IMG/VR virus record: IMGVR_UViG_3300029615_000411
Coordinates: 183,874 to 240,696 of that record
DNA: 56,823 nucleotides
Strand: one strand, 5' to 3'
Source of the DNA: a virus
Taxonomy: Duplodnaviria > Heunggongvirae > Uroviricota > Caudoviricetes
A program made the position numbers and the translations under genes. How positions within the stretch are numbered: position 1 is the first letter of the stretch; each line of letters starts with the position of its first letter. The notes below the pieces were generated by a model. The model was not told the origin of the DNA. It made no database searches and was given only the letters and a program-made list of their open reading frames with translations. Below are positions 54,527 through 56,823 of the stretch, piece after piece.

Positions 54527-56823
54527 TTGATTCTCCATGCCAGCATAGTATATCTCTGTGCCGCTGCTTCGTTTTCTGCAGCCATTTTGATATATTTCTT
54601 TCCGCCGATAAGGATACATTCTTTCTTTGCTCTTGTAACGGCTGTGTACAGTAGGTTCTTTTGCAGCATGATATAATGTTCTCCCGAACACGGAATCACC
54701 ACTGCTTTATATTCCTGTCCCTGACACTTGTGGATGGTTGAAGCGTACGCCAGTTCAAACTTTCTGCAGAACTCCGAGAACTCGAAAATACCCCGTTCTC
54801 CATCATCAAATGTGACGGTTACTTTTCTCTGCACACAGCGTATATCTGTTATGAATCCAAGGTCGCCGTTGACGAGCATTCTCGTTGCACCCTCAGCGTT
54901 TCTTGTATTTTTCGTGAGCATGACCCTATCATTGAGTCTGAACTCCGAATCTTTTACAGAAAGTATATTTGCTTTATCTGCCGGAATCGGATTAAGCTTT
55001 TCGCGGATAATGTCATTAAGTTTTTTTGTCGATGTGGAACCTCTGCTCTTCATGGGACAGATACAACAAGTGTCCTTGATGCCGTACTTATCCACAATCT
55101 TATAATATTCTTCCAGTACATGTGCCTGTAAATTTTCAGAGTCAGATTCAATATACTTGAAGGCGTCATCGAGTTGGAAATCATCCACGCCATGGCAGTG
55201 ATTTAGTTCATTGGCATTGTACGCAATAGCGCCGACATTTCTGTGTCCAATGGTCAGTTTTGTGACAGGAATCTGCTGACAGTTAATGAGGTCGTGCAGC
55301 ACGTTTCCTGCTCCGACCGAAGGAAGCTGGTCAGGGTCACCAATCAGAACGAGTCGTCCGCCGTAAGATACCAGACTCAACAGCATGCTGCAGACATTGA
55401 CATCAACCATGGATACCTCATCACATACGACAAGTTTGTTCATGCCGCTTGTACCTGGCCTATTCATGACGCTCATATGAATCGTATTGGCTGGGAATCC
55501 CGTAACCTCTCTCATTCGGGTTGCTGCGCGTCCGGTCGGTGCGCACAAAAGGACATCTTCCTTGCTGTGGTTCTTACACCAAGCCTTTAAGATGGCATCA
55601 AGAATGGTAGACTTACCCGTGCCGGGACCACCCGTGATGATACAGACGCGGTTCTTTAATGCAGACCTGACCGCTTCTTTTTGATTCTTTTCCAGCGTGA
55701 ATTTGTTTTGTTTTTCAGTTTCTTTGATTCCGGTATCAATGTCTTTATCGCTTACCTGCGGAATAGAACTCTTTGTTAGAATAAGCTGCGATACCTTATC
55801 TGCGATATCGCATTCCAAATCGTGCATGCCCTTTGTATAGACAAGGAACTTTTTCCCCGATTTTTCAATCAGGATGCGCTGTTCCTTCAAGCTTACACGA
55901 AGCCGGTCTTTGACCTCTTCTTCGGTCACTGTTCCGCCCTGAGCCTCCTGCAAGGCAGTGCGTACATGACTGTAGATTTCCTCATAAGGAAGATAGCAAT
56001 GCCCTTCCCTGCCTGCATTCATGATTCCTGCTTCGATGGCAGCATCAATTCTGACAGGACTGTTTAGAGCAATACCGATTTTACGAACTGCAATGCGGTC
56101 AGCTCCGCCGAACGCAATACCATCAATACCCTTTAATCCTCTGCATAGAATATACGGGTCCTTTTTGATGGTTTTTACTGCGTTGTCTTCGCCATATTTC
56201 TCAATGATTTTGTTGATGAGGTTATCGCTCGCGTCCGGTTTCAGCAGCGCAGCAAGTTCCATCTTGCACTTGTTCTTCATGTAACTGTCATGAAGCGTTG
56301 TTGCCGTGTACTCGCCAATACCATATACTTCCGTTAACCGTTCGGGATTGAATTCGATAATGGTAAAGGTATCTTTTCCGAACTTATCGTAAATCAGATT
56401 TGCCTTAGTCTCTCCGCTGCCAGTCAAGAAGCTGCTGCTGAGGATATTGACGACAGCTTCTCTTGTGGCATCCGTGTATGTGATTTCCGACATATCCACA
56501 TCAAACTGTTCGCCGAAATCCGTCTCAATCCATGTTCCATATAGTTTTAACGGCATTCCGGGTGTGATTTCAATAAGACTTCCCTTTGCGGTGAAGATTG
56601 CACCCTTTTTTGGTTTAAACTTTATGACAGACCAGCTGTGGTCTTCGTTTGTCCAGACGAGTTTCTCGATGCGCCCTACAATCTCAGTTTTTTCGCCGAT
56701 TGTAATTTTGGCAGACTTTAATACTGCCCCACCCGTCTTTCGCTTTACAGCTGCGTATGGAGTTGCTTTTTTTACACTTTTTTTCGTAGTGCGTTTTTTA
56801 GTTGTGGTCTTTTTCTTAGTCAT
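54499..56823 (-). CDS. recD2: RecD2-like SF1B helicase
   Basis: N-terminal FGEQF and HhH region, TGGPGTGKS, APTGRAA, DEVSM, GDPDQLPSVGAG, AYASTIHKCQGQE and LLYTAVTRAK motifs. Confidence 0.93.
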   Translation of the reverse strand: MTKKKTTTKKRTTKKSVKKATPYAAVKRKTGGAVLKSAKITIGEKTEIVGRIEKLVWTNEDHSWSVIKFKPKKGAIFTAKGSLIEITPGMPLKLYGTWIETDFGEQFDVDMSEITYTDATREAVVNILSSSFLTGSGETKANLIYDKFGKDTFTIIEFNPERLTEVYGIGEYTATTLHDSYMKNKCKMELAALLKPDASDNLINKIIEKYGEDNAVKTIKKDPYILCRGLKGIDGIAFGGADRIAVRKIGIALNSPVRIDAAIEAGIMNAGREGHCYLPYEEIYSHVRTALQEAQGGTVTEEEVKDRLRVSLKEQRILIEKSGKKFLVYTKGMHDLECDIADKVSQLILTKSSIPQVSDKDIDTGIKETEKQNKFTLEKNQKEAVRSALKNRVCIITGGPGTGKSTILDAILKAWCKNHSKEDVLLCAPTGRAATRMREVTGFPANTIHMSVMNRPGTSGMNKLVVCDEVSMVDVNVCSMLLSLVSYGGRLVLIGDPDQLPSVGAGNVLHDLINCQQIPVTKLTIGHRNVGAIAYNANELNHCHGVDDFQLDDAFKYIESDSENLQAHVLEEYYKIVDKYGIKDTCCICPMKSRGSTSTKKLNDIIREKLNPIPADKANILSVKDSEFRLNDRVMLTKNTRNAEGATRMLVNGDLGFITDIRCVQRKVTVTFDDGERGIFEFSEFCRKFELAYASTIHKCQGQEYKAVVIPCSGEHYIMLQKNLLYTAVTRAKKECILIGGKKYIKMAAENEAAAQRYTMLAWRINHNVLAAHI

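Noticed and set aside
1..56823. Genome-wide TGA recoding (genetic code 4 or 25)
   Set aside because: Many genes end in TGA, including ATGA start-stop overlaps (30229, 40568, 44692), and long genes have no internal TGA.

Overview
A 56.8-kb segment of a large extrachromosomal element from a probable gut Clostridia/Firmicutes host. It is most likely a megaplasmid or phage-plasmid; no virion genes are visible in the window. Replication and maintenance genes include a primase-polymerase-type Rep with an apparent antisense/attenuator leader, DnaE, ParB, PcrA/UvrD and RecD2. The window also holds surface proteins and a long minus-strand accessory region built from cassettes. Five systems stand out. 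(1) An intact TnpB with its omegaRNA lies in a 1329-bp element bounded by GG-ended terminal inverted repeats and a perfect 8-bp target duplication, a DDE-type signature rather than IS200/605 or IS607. (2) An ORF-less group II intron splits an Ig-domain lipoprotein gene, and the 3' UTR of that gene carries an HDV-like ribozyme. (3) A type I-C CRISPR-Cas system (cas3, cas5, cas8c/cas11, cas7; no cas1/2/4 in the window) has three dispersed mini-arrays sharing one leader. (4) About 14 copies of a promoter carry a TTTGCTGCAAA palindrome, and most are followed by a conserved leader ending in a terminator; this module also drives the cas genes and two of the arrays. (5) A tRNA/RNA end-repair-like gene cluster is present. 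All assignments were made by eye from motifs; no database searches were run.
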